Of a stretch of 64,000 bases of DNA, positions 35,071 through 48,937 are shown piece after piece. Location: assembly GCA_965287045.1 (NCBI GenBank), contig OZ336874.1:67146001-67210000 (forward strand), given 5' to 3'. Position 1 is the first letter of the stretch. Every line of letters begins with the position of its first letter. Source of the DNA: Carcharhinus amblyrhynchos. Lineage: Eukaryota. Below the pieces are notes generated by a model that ran no database searches, was not told where the DNA came from, and saw only the letters and a program-made list of their open reading frames with translations. Position numbers and translations under genes: made by a program.

Positions 35071-37864
35071 AAGCCAAAAATTCATAATATAAATATAATG
35101 AGATAGGAATTCCTTTAAGGTTGACGCAGCAATGATAGTACAAGCTTGGCAAATGTAACTGTCATTTGTTGAAGTGTCCTCCCCCCATTTTCCCACTTGT
35201 TTTTTCAGAGGCGCAGATCTCAGAATCCTCTGATTCTGTAGCCGTACCATTTGTTCCACTTTACAGATTGTCAGGAAAACAAAGGAAAATTGATTTTCTT
35301 TACATTTCTGGCTGCAACAATAGCAGTACAGCTCCTCTGAGTTACTTTCTGTAGAGTTATTTTCACCACGTCCCAACTGTTTCTTACTTTGTCACAAATG
35401 GTAATTGATTAAGCCAGAGTTCAGTTTGGAGGAAGCTGTTTTATACAGGCAGTCTTTTGTCAGACAAAGGGGTGAGGAATTGGTTTCTATGGCTTTAAAA
35501 ACTTGGGATGCTGTTTACACTTTTTCAGCTGCAAGGTACTAGCTTGAAAGATAAATTGTACTCCTGGCACAGACCCTCACCTCATGAACCAAATATGAAA
35601 GCATTGAAGGCACGTTATACACAATTTTCCATTCAATTACGCGGCACAGCATTGTGGTGAAGCACTCCAAACGATTTTCCCTGCTGACTCCCAGCAGGCG
35701 AGATACCATGCCAGGAGTGGCACATTCATAAAATCTAAATGTCCAAAATGCCTGACGAATGTATGGCAGAGCGAGCATACAAGAGATGCATAGCAAAATT
35801 AGATGCCAAGAAAATGATGATAAATAGATGTTGTCGCAGACAGATCTGGTCAATGAATAAAGAGCACATGTTGATTGAAACACAGCTTAGCTGTAGTTGC
35901 CTTTTTACTTTTGATCGATGATTTTGGACAGCAGAGAGTTGCTATGAAAAGGCCCAGAGGTCAGTTTGTATATATTTTACCCTTAAACCAAACTTTCTGA
36001 AATGTTGACTGATCTGGATTGTCTACTGCAGTATTGGAAAGCCAGAGAATTCCACCTTTGTTTACTATAGAATCCCAGGGGTCCTGTTCATGCTGTGCTG
36101 AGCAATTATCTGTTTTTATTGGCCTACTAAAACCATAATTTCAAACTCCCCAACATTAAATCTGCTGAACATAGCTGTTAACATATTCAAATTTCTTTCA
36201 AATGCTTCAGTCTATTTTTAAAAAATCATTTCTTCACAGAGATTGATATAGTTTGGTGAAAGCAAGGATTTTACAGCGTAACTAACGTTTATTGTTTTTT
36301 CACTTCAATTCAATGACAAGATCTAGGTAAGCTAAAGGATGTGTAATGTTTGGTAATGGGCTTGCAAGTTAGAGATAGATTTCCTGAGATCCTGTGCCAT
36401 TGGCAAGGCCTTGCAGTGGGCAGGAAAGAAAATTGCAGGCAGTGCACCAGTGATTTTTCAAAATACTTCCTCAGTGGGTGAATTAGATATATTTCTGATT
36501 TTTAAAAATGGGTTAAAGGGATATGGGGGCAGACATGGAGATGGATTTGAGACCAGGCTCAAAGGGCTGCATTTACCTACTTCTGTTCCTAATTCCCATG
36601 TCCCAATGTATGTAACCTCTGTCCAAGTCCTGCCAATGGCACAGGGTCTCAGAAAATGTTGTCAATAAAATCAATCCCAAGACTGCTAATCTGTATAAGT
36701 TATTTGAAGATATCCTTGCCTTCAGTCAAGAGATTGGGGCAGACTTCTCTATTTCCATTAATAGAACTTGAGTCCACCCCAACCTTATATCCTGTCCCCA
36801 AAAAATTCCCCATGCTGCAAGTGAAGCAAATCTTAGAGTTGATGGGTGCTCGGCAGCCCGTGGAAATAACTCCCTACTTTATTTCCCAGCTTCTGTCTGC
36901 TCATGCTTACAGGTATGGAGCAGAGGGAATTTGGACACAAGGTTCTGATTCTTATTTGCTGGATTATCCAAACAATTATGTCCAGAGGGAAAATAACACA
37001 CTTAAGCAATGGTGTTTTTTAATATAGCTCAAAATGGCAAAATGGTTGGCACTGGGATGGAAATTAAGAAATCAAGTAATGATGACTTACATTTCAAATT
37101 GTTATCAGTGGAATAGCTGGAAGATAGTTGTGATTGAGTCGTAACCATTGTGTTTTATAATGATATAAAGACACCAATCACTCAAAGATTTGTGTAAGCA
37201 TATTTATTGAGGCTAGACACAAGGGAACATACGAAAATATCCAAACTGTGCCAAGCTCTGTTCACAAACAAAAATGGAACTGAGGTGGGAATTTTCCCAT
37301 CTTGCTGCTACAGGGGGTTGTCCCCTTTCGAAGAAGTGTAACGAATTACATGTTCATGTTCAGCTCTCTACTGATGAATCTATAGGCAGAATTTTATGGC
37401 CTCGTTACAACAGAGATGAGGCTGTAAAATGGGGCAAGCTGTTCAAAAGTCCATTGACTTTGGTGGGACTGAAAAATGCTACCAGTGGGAAGTGCAGTAA
37501 GTTCCCTCCTATGACTCTGTAAGACAGAGAGGTGATCTACTTGTACGCCCAGACCTTGTGGTGGTAACCTTAGTCTGGGGGTTGCTTTAATTGGTCACAG
37601 TGATCTGTGAGGTTGTCATTCTTGGATGACATGTCTGTTTACATTGGGAATCTTGCCCCAAGATGCAACGGAACTCTATGCTGGTGTGGAGCTGCAAGGA
37701 ATTTGTCCTAGTTTATGCCTCACAACTGTGCCCTTATGAAATAGCTTCATAGGCTGTTGATTCCAAACAAATCTTTGTCACCTTGACTGGTTGTCACATA
37801 ACTTCTATGAAATCCTGGATATGAACTTGTTGTCCCAACTGTAAACTTGACAGCCATGTGTATT

Positions 37865-38225
37865 ATCTACAAAACGCACTGCAGGAGCTCACCAATGTTC
37901 CTTAGGCAGTACCTTCCAAATCCACAACCACTACCATCCTGAAGGGCAAGAGCAGCAGATACTTGGAAACATCACCACCTGGAAATCCCCATCCAAATCG
38001 CTCACCATCCTGACTTGGAAATATATCGCCGTTCCTTCACTGTCACTGGATCCAAATCCTGGAACTCCTTCCCTAGCAGAACTGTGGCTGTATCTACACC
38101 CCAGGAACTGCAGCAGTTCAAGAAGGCAACTCACCACCACCTCCTCAAGAGCAACTAGGATTGGCAATAAGTGCTGGCCTAACCACCAATGCCCGCATCC
38201 TATAAAGAAAATGAATTAAAAGAAA
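37865..38225 (+). mobile_element. L2/CR1-group LINE 3' end
   Basis: IYKTHCRSSPMFLRQYLPNP...WKYIAVPSL...WNS..., tail ggcaataagtgctggcc. Confidence 0.8.
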
Positions 38226-38357
38226 AAAGCCTATAATCCCATTTTTATCAAGTAGGTTGGTCATCTTCTCTTATAGTTTTATCAATTGCTGTCTAGTTTC
38301 TGAGAGAGTACAATGTGCAAGAGTAGTTAAATTTACATGCATTGGTCTGCTGAATAT

Positions 38358-38485
38358 GATGTGGAGATGCTGCTGTTAGACTGGAGTGGGCACAGTAAGA
38401 AGTCTCACAACACCAGGTTAAAGTCCAACAGATTTACATGGTATCACAAGTTTGCGGAGCACTGCTCCTTCATCAGGTGAGTGGC
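38358..38485 (-). mobile_element. Penelope 3'-end fragment (same family as the 34575 hairpin) with a hammerhead motif
   Basis: TCAC CTGATGA A GGAGC AGT GCTCC GCAA AC TT GTGA on -. Confidence 0.85.
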
Positions 38486-40130
38486 CACAACATCTGTGGA
38501 AAGAGAATAGAGCTAACGTTTCGGGTCTGGATGACCATTCGCCAGAGCTGAAGGCAATAGAAAATAGGACAAGATTTATACTGTTGGGGTAAGGGTGTTA
38601 TAATTGACAACAAGGCAAAGGGAATGTAAATGGTAGCGATTATGGTTAAAAAGAGGGCTGATAGCAGCCATTAAAAGATCAGAATGTGTAAATGGTGGAA
38701 CAAGGTAAGAAGAGTTTCAAATGACAACTTGAGACATATAAGGGGAGACCATAGAGGGAAAACAAGATGGAAAGCAAGATTTTTAAAGGGTAGAAAAATG
38801 AAACAAATAAGATTTAAAAATAAATAAATAAAATGAAATGGAAATGGGGTGAAGGTAGAGAACTGAGCTTATGTTCTGAAGTTGTTGAACTCAATGTTCA
38901 GTCCAGAAGGCTGTAAAGCACCTCATCAGAAGATGAGGTGCTGTTTCTCCAGTTTGCTTTGGACTTCACTAGAACATTGCAACAGGCCAAGGACAGACAT
39001 GTGGACAGGACAGCAGAGTAGTGTGTTGAAATAGCAAGCGACACGAGGTCTGTGTCCTGTTTGTGGATGGACTGAAGGTATTCTGCAAAGTGGTCACCCA
39101 GTCTGGGTTTGGTCTCTCTGATCAAGAGTATGGGAGCAGCGAAGGACAAGGGGAATCCTATCCTGGTTCTGGGAGGAAGGGATAGAGTGAGAGCAGTGGT
39201 CTTGGAGATGGATCGGACACAGTGGAGAGCCCTGTCAACCACAGTGAGTAGGAAACCACGATTAAGGAAGAAAGAAGACATATCAGCAGTGCCATTTTAG
39301 AAAGTGGCATCATCGGAACAGATGTGGCAGAGGCAAAGCAACTGAGAGAATGGGATGGAGATGTTAAAGGACATGGGATGTGAAGACCTGTAGTCAAGAT
39401 AGTTGTGAGAGGTGGTGGGCTTGTAGTAGATAGAATCATAGAATCCTACAGTGCAGAAGGAGGCCATTTGGCCCATTGAGTCTGCATCAACCACAATTCT
39501 ACCCAGGCCCTATCCCCATGCGTTTACCCTAGCTGGTCCCGCTGACCCCAAGGGGCAATTTAGCATGGATAATCCACCTAACCTGCACATTTTGTACTGT
39601 GGGAGGAAACCGGAGCACCCGCAGGAAACCCATGCAGACACAGGGAGAATGTGCAAATCTCACACAGACAGTGACCCAAGCCAGGAATCAAACCTGGGTC
39701 CATGGTGCTGTAAAGCAGCACTACTAGCCCACTGTGCTGCCCATATTAGTGGAGAGTCTATTGCCAGAAATGGAGACAGAGGTCAAGGTAAGTGTCGGAG
39801 ATAGAGCATATGATAGAGGGGTGGAAAGTGTATGTGTGTGGGAGGGTTTAATGTTCTACATACCCCATAAAGAGACAGGCATAACTAATACCCATAGCCA
39901 CACCTTTTGTTTGGAGGAAGTTCATGGAGAAATTGTTGAGTGAGAGAACAAGTTCAGCCAGACAGAGGAGAGTGGTGATACAATGGGCCTACCGGGACAG
40001 TCCTGTTTGTGAATTTAGGAAGGAGGTAGTAGTGAATTGTCCTTTGTTGGAAGCTGTGAATGGAAGATCTCCGGAGGTGAGCAGGTCAATGACAGTCATG
40101 GAAACAATGGCTTGATGTTCGATGGTGGGT
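38486..40130 (-). mobile_element. Penelope-like element (RT, GIY-YIG, 3' hammerhead), split by an HE1 SINE
   Basis: SVSISGNRLSTN|IYYKPTTSHNYLDY.SSHP..IPFSQL; RETKPRLGDHFAEYL; hammerhead at 38511-38549. Confidence 0.88.
39430..39742 (-). mobile_element. HE1-type SINE
   Basis: Full head, V core and (attctatg) tail, inserted within the PLE TNIYYKP codons. Confidence 0.92.
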
Positions 40131-40189
40131 ATTTCAATGTTAGGGTGAGGTGATAGGAATAGGTTATGAGGCTGATCTTCATGTGAGGT

Positions 40190-42275
40190 CTAGATTATTC
40201 CATGGATTGTCACTACTGCAAGGTCACAGTATGCCAGTAAACCTACTGTTTCTGGGCCTTTAGTCTCCATAGTGTAGAACATCTTTGACAACCAGGAAGA
40301 TTTAATATAATTGTGCTCCAGGATTATGGACCCTGCACACAGACTTAGTGAACTGTTGTCCACTGAAAGATGCACAGTTTCATTCTGGCCTTCCATGCCT
40401 GTGGCTACAGGTCTTTTAGAATTTGCAGAGGTAGAATGTTAGCATTTGCCATAATATCAATGTTAGCCAATATTGAATTGTTGCCAACTTTCTTAGGACA
40501 GGTAATTTCAACCTTGACAAACATTTTGGACAGTGAGATAACTTGTAAACTTTCCACAGGATTGATGGTTTAGTACATGTGTTCACTACTCTTTGTCTTA
40601 TTCTGCACATCAGCATGCCTTGGTTTGTTCGACACCTCATGTACAGGTGTCTAACAGGATGGTCAATTTTCTTGCTTGAAGGTACCCATTGTGTACGGTC
40701 TGTGTGGATCAGTGCATAGCTCTTTGTAGCTCCATGAGCCTTTGCTCTCATGCACTGCTGCTGCCAGTGGCCCTTTCTGCCACATGCAGAATTGTTAGAA
40801 ACTTAGGCATTTCCTTGGTGCAGACAGAAAGCCACACCTTCCACATGTTTTCCTAGCTTTGTGAGTTCCAGCAGGTGCATCAAAAATTGGGGTTAAACTT
40901 AAGACCTGTAAGCATCATCGACCTGCAAGGACCACTTTGTATTTCTGTCCATCCTTGAGCAATTCGATGCAATACATTCTGAACTTACCTAGTAGATCTT
41001 TCTGGAATGTTTCCATGGGAGTGGTCATGATCAGCAACTCAACAATTCTGTCTGCTAGCTCTAGCTCTGCATTTCAAAAATCACAATAGGTAACCTTTTC
41101 TCTGCATTTGCTGAAGGAGTAGTCTATAGATTCTATAGACTGTTGTCAAAATGACATGAAATTTTGAAGCCTAGCTTGATTCTGAACTGATATTCCAGGT
41201 CTTAAGTTTAACCTCAATTTTTGATGCACCTACTGGAACTCACAAAGCTAGGAAAACATGTGGAAGGTGTGGCTTTCTGTCTGCACCAAGGAAATGTCCA
41301 AGTTTCTACCAATTCTGCATGTGGCAGAAAGGGCCACTGGCAGCTGCAGATTCTTTCACTCTTCTGCTGATTTCCTGATGTGTTTGGCCTGTGTAGACCT
41401 TAATTCCCAATTGCTAAGTAGATATTATGGTTTGCCTGTCTGGTTCAGACACACATGAATCAAGAAATCACAGCTCTGTACACTGTTTAAACATTTTGAA
41501 TTTGATTGTAGGTCGGCTACATCTCAATTCAAACTGGGGGTTTTGTGGACATTTTGACAATATCCCTTTGACCTTCTTCCTTGTTTTATTCAGTTTAGTG
41601 TTCCACAACTCCCAGAGGCACCTGTTATAATCAAAATGTTTTCTTGATAGATTTGTTTGTTCTTTTTTGTTTGACTCTTCCTCGCTCACTATCAATGTAG
41701 CCCATACCCTGGTCACTGACCTTCCCTTTCTGAGCTAACCCAGTGCTGGTCCTCTCGATGGTTGTCCCACTCACTGAACTAACAGGCTGTGCATTGTAAA
41801 TGTAATCTCTCCACGGTTTATCCATCTTCTTACCAGCTCTTTGTTTAAGCATTGCCTTTGGCTTTGGTCTTCAAAGCTTTTCTGCGCAGTAATCATGCTG
41901 TGTTCTCACCATTCTCTGACCCTTCAACTTCATCGACGTAATGTATCATGTATTGTAGCACAATGTAATGCTGTTGACCATGTTGTAACTTTACTTAATC
42001 TTGCTGCCAGGCTGTTTGGCCACTGCTGAACACTATGTCATGTTTGTATAACAATATGAAAGCACCAACCACTTATAAGGGATTGGGTAAAAACATTGCG
42101 TGTTTATTTATTTAGATCAGGCACAGGACAACACATATATATGGATAGAAACATTGATGACATCAGAACTATGCTGAGTTCTGTTCACAGGCAAACATAA
42201 AACTAAGACTGGATGACATGACACACTTTCCTTCTAATGATGTCATGCTGCTATCGCCTAAATGCATATTACAAC
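40190..42275 (-). mobile_element. Gypsy LTR retrotransposon 5' half (LTR ~42040-42275, gag with zinc knuckle, protease), degenerate
   Basis: The LTR begins TGTTGTAATA on - and contains AATAAA. Gag reads FKMFKQCTEL, LADRIVELLIMTTPMETFQKDLLGK, CGRCG.. and ACGRKGHWQQQC. Protease-like ANIDIMANANILPL and METKGPETVGL. Confidence 0.8.
40755..41349. repeat. 154-bp inverted repeat (arms 40755-40908 and 41196-41349)
   Basis: Manual alignment: 148/154 identical. Confidence 0.95.
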
Positions 42276-42477
42276 AATAACAACCAAAGAGCTCAATCTT
42301 TGCTCTGCCCAATATTAGTTCATCTCAGACAGGTGGTGATAGATTGTATCATGTTGTTAGATTATTTGGGGTAAATTGCTCAAGTTTTCTGCTCCTGATC
42401 AATATTTGGTGCCCCTGGAGTTGACCTGGCAGACATCGTGCAGAGTTCTGATACAGCAGGGCAGATTACAAGGAGGA

Positions 42478-42800
42478 AAGAATTTGTATTTTTATGGGAC
42501 CATTTACATCCTCAGAATATCTGCTTCACAGATGAAGAAGAATATTTAACATGCAGCAGTTGCTCATACTACTATAAAATCTAAAATGCATACAGCAAGG
42601 TCCCACAATAAACGACCAGTCCATCTCTTTTTGATGGTATTGGTTAAAAGAGAAATGTTAACAAAAATACAGGTTAACTCCCGTGCTCTCTTTGAATCTT
42701 TAACATGTACCAAGGTAGACACATTTGAGCTTTGGTTCACTGTCTGTTTTGAATGATGCCAACTTCATCAATATAGTACTACCCTTATAGCACTCCTTCC
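42478..42800 (-). mobile_element. Deu-domain SINE (SacSINE1-like), degenerate
   Basis: Reverse complement of the Deu core (gtttattgtgggaccttgctg) and the L2-type tail. Confidence 0.65.
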
Positions 42801-43139
42801 ACCCATCCAGACCTCTCCTCGGCTTAAGTGGAACTATTTGCCCATGCTACAGTTGAGACCCATAAATGGCCAGTTATTGACCACTTAAGGGCTGTTTTCC
42901 ACTTAGCCTCAAGTTTGAGGCTGTTGGATAGAGTTCAGAGGCAGAGAAGAAAACTCAAAAAGTGAACTTGCTTAAGGCATCAGACAGGAAGGTGGGGGTG
43001 GTGGTGGTGCAGCACCATTCCTCCTAGAATGGTGTCAAACTCACTGCACTTATCAGCTAAGTGAGAATAACATCACACTCCTGAATTTTGTTCCGAGCGT
43101 CTCCAGTAAGGGCAGCATATGTTGCTCATTTTTAATTAG

Positions 43140-43345
43140 CCGAGAATTGAGTGGTTTGCTAGGCCATTCAGAGAGCAGTTAAGAATCAACCACATTGCTG
43201 TGGATATGGAGTCACATGTAGGCCAGACCAGCTAAGAGTGTTAGATTTCCTTCCCAAAGGACCTTAATGAGCCAAATGGGTTTTTAACAACAATTGGTGA
43301 GAGTTTCATGGTCATCAGTACTGAGACTAGTCTTCAGATCCAAAT
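43140..43345 (-). mobile_element. CORE-like tRNA SINE fragment
   Basis: Same family as 3635-3992. Confidence 0.7.
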
Positions 43346-43369
43346 TTATTAAATTAATTTCAATCGTGG

Positions 43370-43970
43370 CCCTGTGGCCAACTGCAAGTCTCCTAGCCTG
43401 AGCTGGACCAATCGACCTCTACACTGCCCTTCCCGCCAGCCAGATTGATTGAGCCTCTTGCCCTGCAACTGAACACTATGCAGAATAGCAGTGGTGCACC
43501 TCCCCTGCCCCCACCAATTGCTGTGCAGAGTGCACAGCGATCCCCCTGCCCCTCAGGCACCGCCTGCTTGGCACTGTCCAATGTCCAGTGGGCAGTGCCA
43601 GTGTGCCAGGGTGGCACTGCCCAAGGGGCAGCACCCCCTTGACCCGACCTCCAGGGAGTAGGGGTGGTGGGCCTCAATGGTCTCTGGTCATCACACCTAG
43701 TCCCTGTTGCTGGAGACCAGCTGTGATTCTCACAGGATTATACACCCCCCGGTGAGGCCACACAGACAAGTGAGCCTGGACAATTGAGTCTGATGTGGCT
43801 AATTTCATTGAAATGATATGTAAATGACATTTAAATAATTTATTCAGCCTCTCCTGGAAATGGCTGCGAGAGGTGAGAAATCGGGTGCAAACCTGCTATC
43901 ATGGCTTCTCGCAATCTTACTGACTTGCTCGCCTATTGGCCAGTGGGGAGGTAACGGTAAGATCGCCCCC
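43370..43970. mobile_element. Harbinger-type non-autonomous element fragment
   Basis: gggcagtgcca/tggcactgccc internal palindromes; end ggtaagatcgccccc. Confidence 0.55.
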
Positions 43971-46919
43971 TTTGTGTTTGTCTTCACTTTTGAAAAGATG
44001 AATAACATTCCAAAAATAATGGCGAATCAGGAGATAAAAGGGAGGAAGGAACTTAAAATAATTACAAACACTGCACTTTCATAAATAAACTTGCACTATT
44101 GATCTAGTACATACAAAAAGGGTTGTATGTACTTGATCAATATGTAAGTTGTAAGTAATATTGTCTCCGCAAAGGTGGAGGAATCCTTCACATGAGCATG
44201 GAAAACTCACCAAGAACGGTTCAGGATGAAGGACCATAAGAATAGGACAAATCCTATCACATATTTGGTGCAGATCCAATGATTACAAATTTGGAACTGT
44301 TATTAAAAATGTTGTGCACTTTATTAACGTAATGTAGGGTAGACCTACCAAGCATCAAGCCTGTTGACCCCAGAAGCAGGTCAGAGGCAGCCACAGGGAC
44401 TGGTGAGTAGTGAGTGGGCTGCTTCAGGTCTCAGGGATTTTATCCCAGTTGTTTTGTGAAATATTTGGCCCTCTAGTCCTCACACTGCCTTATGTCCCTA
44501 TTCACTCTCCAGGCCCCATCCATGCCAATTTGGCGATATGGTACATGGATTCTGTGCACAGTATATACTGGGCAAATGGGAGTGGAAGGACTGTGAGTTG
44601 GCAAGGAGGATATTGGGGAGCATTTGGAGTAGAGACATGGGTTGGCGTGGAAGGTATGTGGTATTTTTGGGATGGGTGGGGTGAGTTGGCATTGAGGGGT
44701 TGAGGGGGAGCATGGTTAAGAGTCTTTGATGTTATCTCTCAAAAAATTCCTACATCCAAGATTCACAACACCTCAGAAAGGGCCTTGAATCTTGACTCAT
44801 TGAGAAGTTGGCCCAACTCAAGAAAAATTAGGGGTCTGAGAGATGCTGAGCCCTGTAATGGCATCTGCCAGGTTAGGGATGAAAGGTACGGTTCACTGCA
44901 TGCCCCCTTTGCCTTCATCAGTGAAAACTGGGATGTCAGGAATGATGGTGGAAATCCCTGAATCATCTCCCATCCGCCATTACCCCATAACAATCCAGTC
45001 CATTATTACAACATAGCGGGCAAGGGACAGTTACTATCCTCCATCCAACATTGAGTAACATCACTGAAGATCCACTGGACTTTTAATAAATGTTGTGATT
45101 TCATTCTTAGTAACAGGAAGACTTATAATCTGTCAGAAGGAGTTTTTATTGAACAAGTACATCCCTGGATTAAATTTCTTTTTATGCCAATGTGTACTAT
45201 TTATTTTCCTTCAAATCAAAATTTAATTAGAATTTCTGTAGTGGCAATGGCTGTCTTGAATTATTTTCAGAAAAATTATGATATTTTGATGCATTTCAAG
45301 GATTAGCAACGAAAGATATTACCACTTCAAAAAGACATCAGGTAAAATCAGACCACTGACTTTGCCATATTAAGTCTCTACTGCATCATAACCCTTTCCA
45401 AAAGATGACAGGAATAAGGTGTTAAAAAAATAAGTAGAGTCAACAAGGTCACTCATAAGTAACGCCTTTGGATTAAAAGAAATCTATTTTCCATTCTGAC
45501 CCTGAAACCTCTTCAATTAATTATAAAAATCTATTTACACAGTAACCTGGTTAAAATCAATCAGATTGTTGAAGTGTTTCCATGAATCTTCCTAAGGTTT
45601 ACACTGCAGCAGCAGCAGCAGTTGTCTGTATATATCTGAATATATCGGTACTTAGAGCAGGTTTGAATGTGTTAGCTGAGTTCCATAAAAGTTTACTTTT
45701 TGGATTTTGTTCCATGATTAACATTTAGTATGGGAACATGTAGGTAACAACTTTAGAGCAATTTTACCTGTCTGATCTCTACGAAGCACTTTGACACAAT
45801 ACATCATTTAATGCTTCATTGTGCCCCTCACCATAAGAGTGACTATTCCAGCTTGGTACTGAAGTGGCAAAACTGAAGTACAGCAAATTTTACACTGGAC
45901 CAACTTTGCCAACTTTGGCAAGGTCAACCTAATTAATTATATATAGTCAATTCCCAAAAGAACTATTTTTAAATAAATGGCTGATGCCATTTAAAAGGAC
46001 TCCTAAATTCTGGATGGACAAAGCTCGAAAGGGTTGATCAAGGACATGAGCGCTGCCTTTATGATATTCCTTTGGAACCTTCCTTCTGGAAGAAATAGAA
46101 GGATCCCATAATGCTTTGTCCCCAATAGCTCCACTGGCCTGATGGGTATGAGGTGATAAACAGAGCTAAATTACAAAGGAGCTGAGAAAATCATCTATAG
46201 AAAGGTGTTATATCAGGAGAATAGACAGATTATATACACCACAAAATGTTTTGTTTCACCTTGCTAAACCTTGGCAGTTAAAGATTCGTAACATATCACA
46301 TTCTAGGCTTCACATTCCATACTACAATAGAAACATGTGACTCCTGCCACTTCAACAGAAACTGCTGTCACAATACCATCTGAAAAGATGAGCCAACAAT
46401 ACAAGCTACCAATAAGATATTTATTTACTGGCATACAAATTGGGGTGCAAGGTAGGCACTTGGCTCTCATTTCATGTGCTTTTCAAACTTCCAACACCAC
46501 CACACAACTTTACTGTTTGTCCCATGAGGCAATATATAAAAGAAAGGAGCAAACGCAAATTAAGAGAGGACTCCTAATTTTGGGGCTGTTAAATTAATAT
46601 GAACAGGCTAACTTGCCAACTTCAAGTGTAAGAACAGGCCAGGAGTAAGGGATGATGATGTTAGAGACCTCCTTAAAGCTCAGGACTTCTTCCAACTCAT
46701 TGACTTACTCTTTGCATGGTCAAGCATTTAGCTGCATGCATTCTTCCAGCATGTTAGCCTCTGACCTATGTTATTAGTTAATAATAGGGTGGGGGGTCTT
46801 TGCATTCAGAATTTCAAAATATGGTTCTCTTTGTCAAATAAGTAACACCAGGACATAGAATGTAATATGAACAAGCTCTCCTCACTTGTACTGAATGAAA
46901 TTTGATTCCATTTTATTTC

Positions 46920-47480
46920 ATTCAGATGAGATGATAAACCAAGATCCTATTTGCTCTCTCAGTGGACGTAAAAGATCCCAAGGCACTATTTCAAAGAAAC
47001 GCAGGTGTTCTGGTCAATATTTATTCCTCATTCAACATCACAAAGAGCAGATTATCTAGTCATCATCACATCACTGTTTATGGAAGCTTGCTGTGTGTGC
47101 AGATTTGCTGTCTGCATTAGAACAATGATTTGATTTGATTTATTTTTGTCACAGGTATTAGTATACAATGAAAAGTATCATTTCTTGCTCATTATACAAT
47201 CAAAGCATACCATTCATACAGAAGGAAACGAGAGAGCACAGAATGTAGTGTCATAGTCATTGTAAGGGTGTAGAGAAAGATAATGAAGTTTTAGAAACCT
47301 AGAATGAGAGTAACGGATAGATTTAGAAGGTATGCTAGGCACAGCTTGCAAGAAATCACCTTGCTCCGGAGGCATCTTAGAGAAGTGAACAAAATACTTC
47401 CAAAGCTCTTCATTGACAGTACAGTATTTTGGGATGTCCTGAGGTCATGAAAAGCATAATGTAAATGCAAGGCTTTTTAA
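46920..47480 (+). mobile_element. Deu-domain SINE (SacSINE1-like), split by a Rex1/Babar 3' fragment (47128-47300, -)
   Basis: gtggacgtaaaagatcccaaggcactatttc...cagattatctagtcatcatcac; tail tgggatgtcctgaggtcatgaaa..aatgcaag. Confidence 0.85.
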
Positions 47481-48937
47481 AACTATGTCCAGAGAAATAA
47501 GGTATTAGTGAATGAAAGGACTAGCATTTCAGTTGTCTGGAAAGATCGAGCAGCTTCCTACAATATAACCAAAATCTCTGATAACTGCCAGGACTACATT
47601 GTAACTTTATTCAATTGGTCTTTGTGATTGTTTCAATGGCTTTGTGACAGAAGGCAAGAGGGTAATTTTAATTTCCCTGAAGTTATCCCTTCTGCCTGGC
47701 TTCTCCATTGAATAGTTCAATGCAGGAATATCTCAAGATTAAAACATCATGATTGCTGCATGGGAAGCTGGGATTTGCCTCAATGATCCTGCACTGCTGG
47801 TCACAAACCAGCTGAATTTCCATGAAGTGGAAATGCTTGTGGTTTATGTCAGGTCCCATGTAATAGTTTGGAATGAGTCTGAGGAAAATTCAAGGCTGTG
47901 GAAATGCCTTTCCAAAACAAGATGGTCTGAGCATTAGTTTGGAGCAGACGTCACAATTCTGTTCCAGCCACCCTGGTGAAGTGTAATTTGACAAGCAGTT
48001 TTCCCTGGCTATTCCTAGGTATGTGCATCTGCATTCACACACACAGCTGTGTGAATAGGACAAGTGGGAAAAGGTGTCTCCCAGGAGTCTACCTTTTCTG
48101 CCTTCTCCAAATAACACAAAAAGGGAATTGTGCCCATTACAATTCCCACTATTCAAAAATCTGCTTGTGAAAATGATAAATTCTGCTGGCAAGAATTAGG
48201 ACAAAAGCCTAGAAAAATATACAAAATACCAACTGTACTGAACATTCCACTGTCACAAACCCAAAGTTCAAGTCGACATTTATATACGCTCCAAGAAAGC
48301 TCCTTCCTCCTTAGATAGCAAATTCCACAGGACAAAGTGATTTTGAACTGGATTGCCTGTTTTACACCAATGATCTGAGGGCAGAGTACAACATTGTTGG
48401 TAAATTGTGCTTGTATGAATAACATTGGCCGGGATTATCTGACCTCATTAACCTGCCACTGCTGCCAGTGAGAACAGAGAATTTGGTGCTCAGCCAAATC
48501 TCCATTCACTGCAGTAGAACTGGAAAATCGCAGCCACAGGTGAGGTCAGAGAATTCTTTAAAATGAAGCTTCACCCATTTTTAGTGAGATCACCATTGCC
48601 TGACCTAAAACATTGATCTGAAGATGTATGAAACACAGTGGGTGGAATTTTCCTGCCCTGCCCGCCATGGGAATTGTAGTGGGTGACACACAGACCAGGC
48701 AAAGTCCATTGGCCTCCAGCAGGATTTTCCTGTCTTGGGGCAAGAACAGCTGGAAAATCCAATGTGTGAAAATCTGTCAATAATGATTTCTGTCTGGATT
48801 TCCAGCCTTTGATTGTTGATTCTCCACCAGTGCCAACACCTATGTAGAATGGAAAATTACCCTATTATAAACCTGTTTAAAATGCCATGAGGTATTCCAT
48901 GTTTCATGATCAAATTTTATCATGTTATCCTCTAGGT

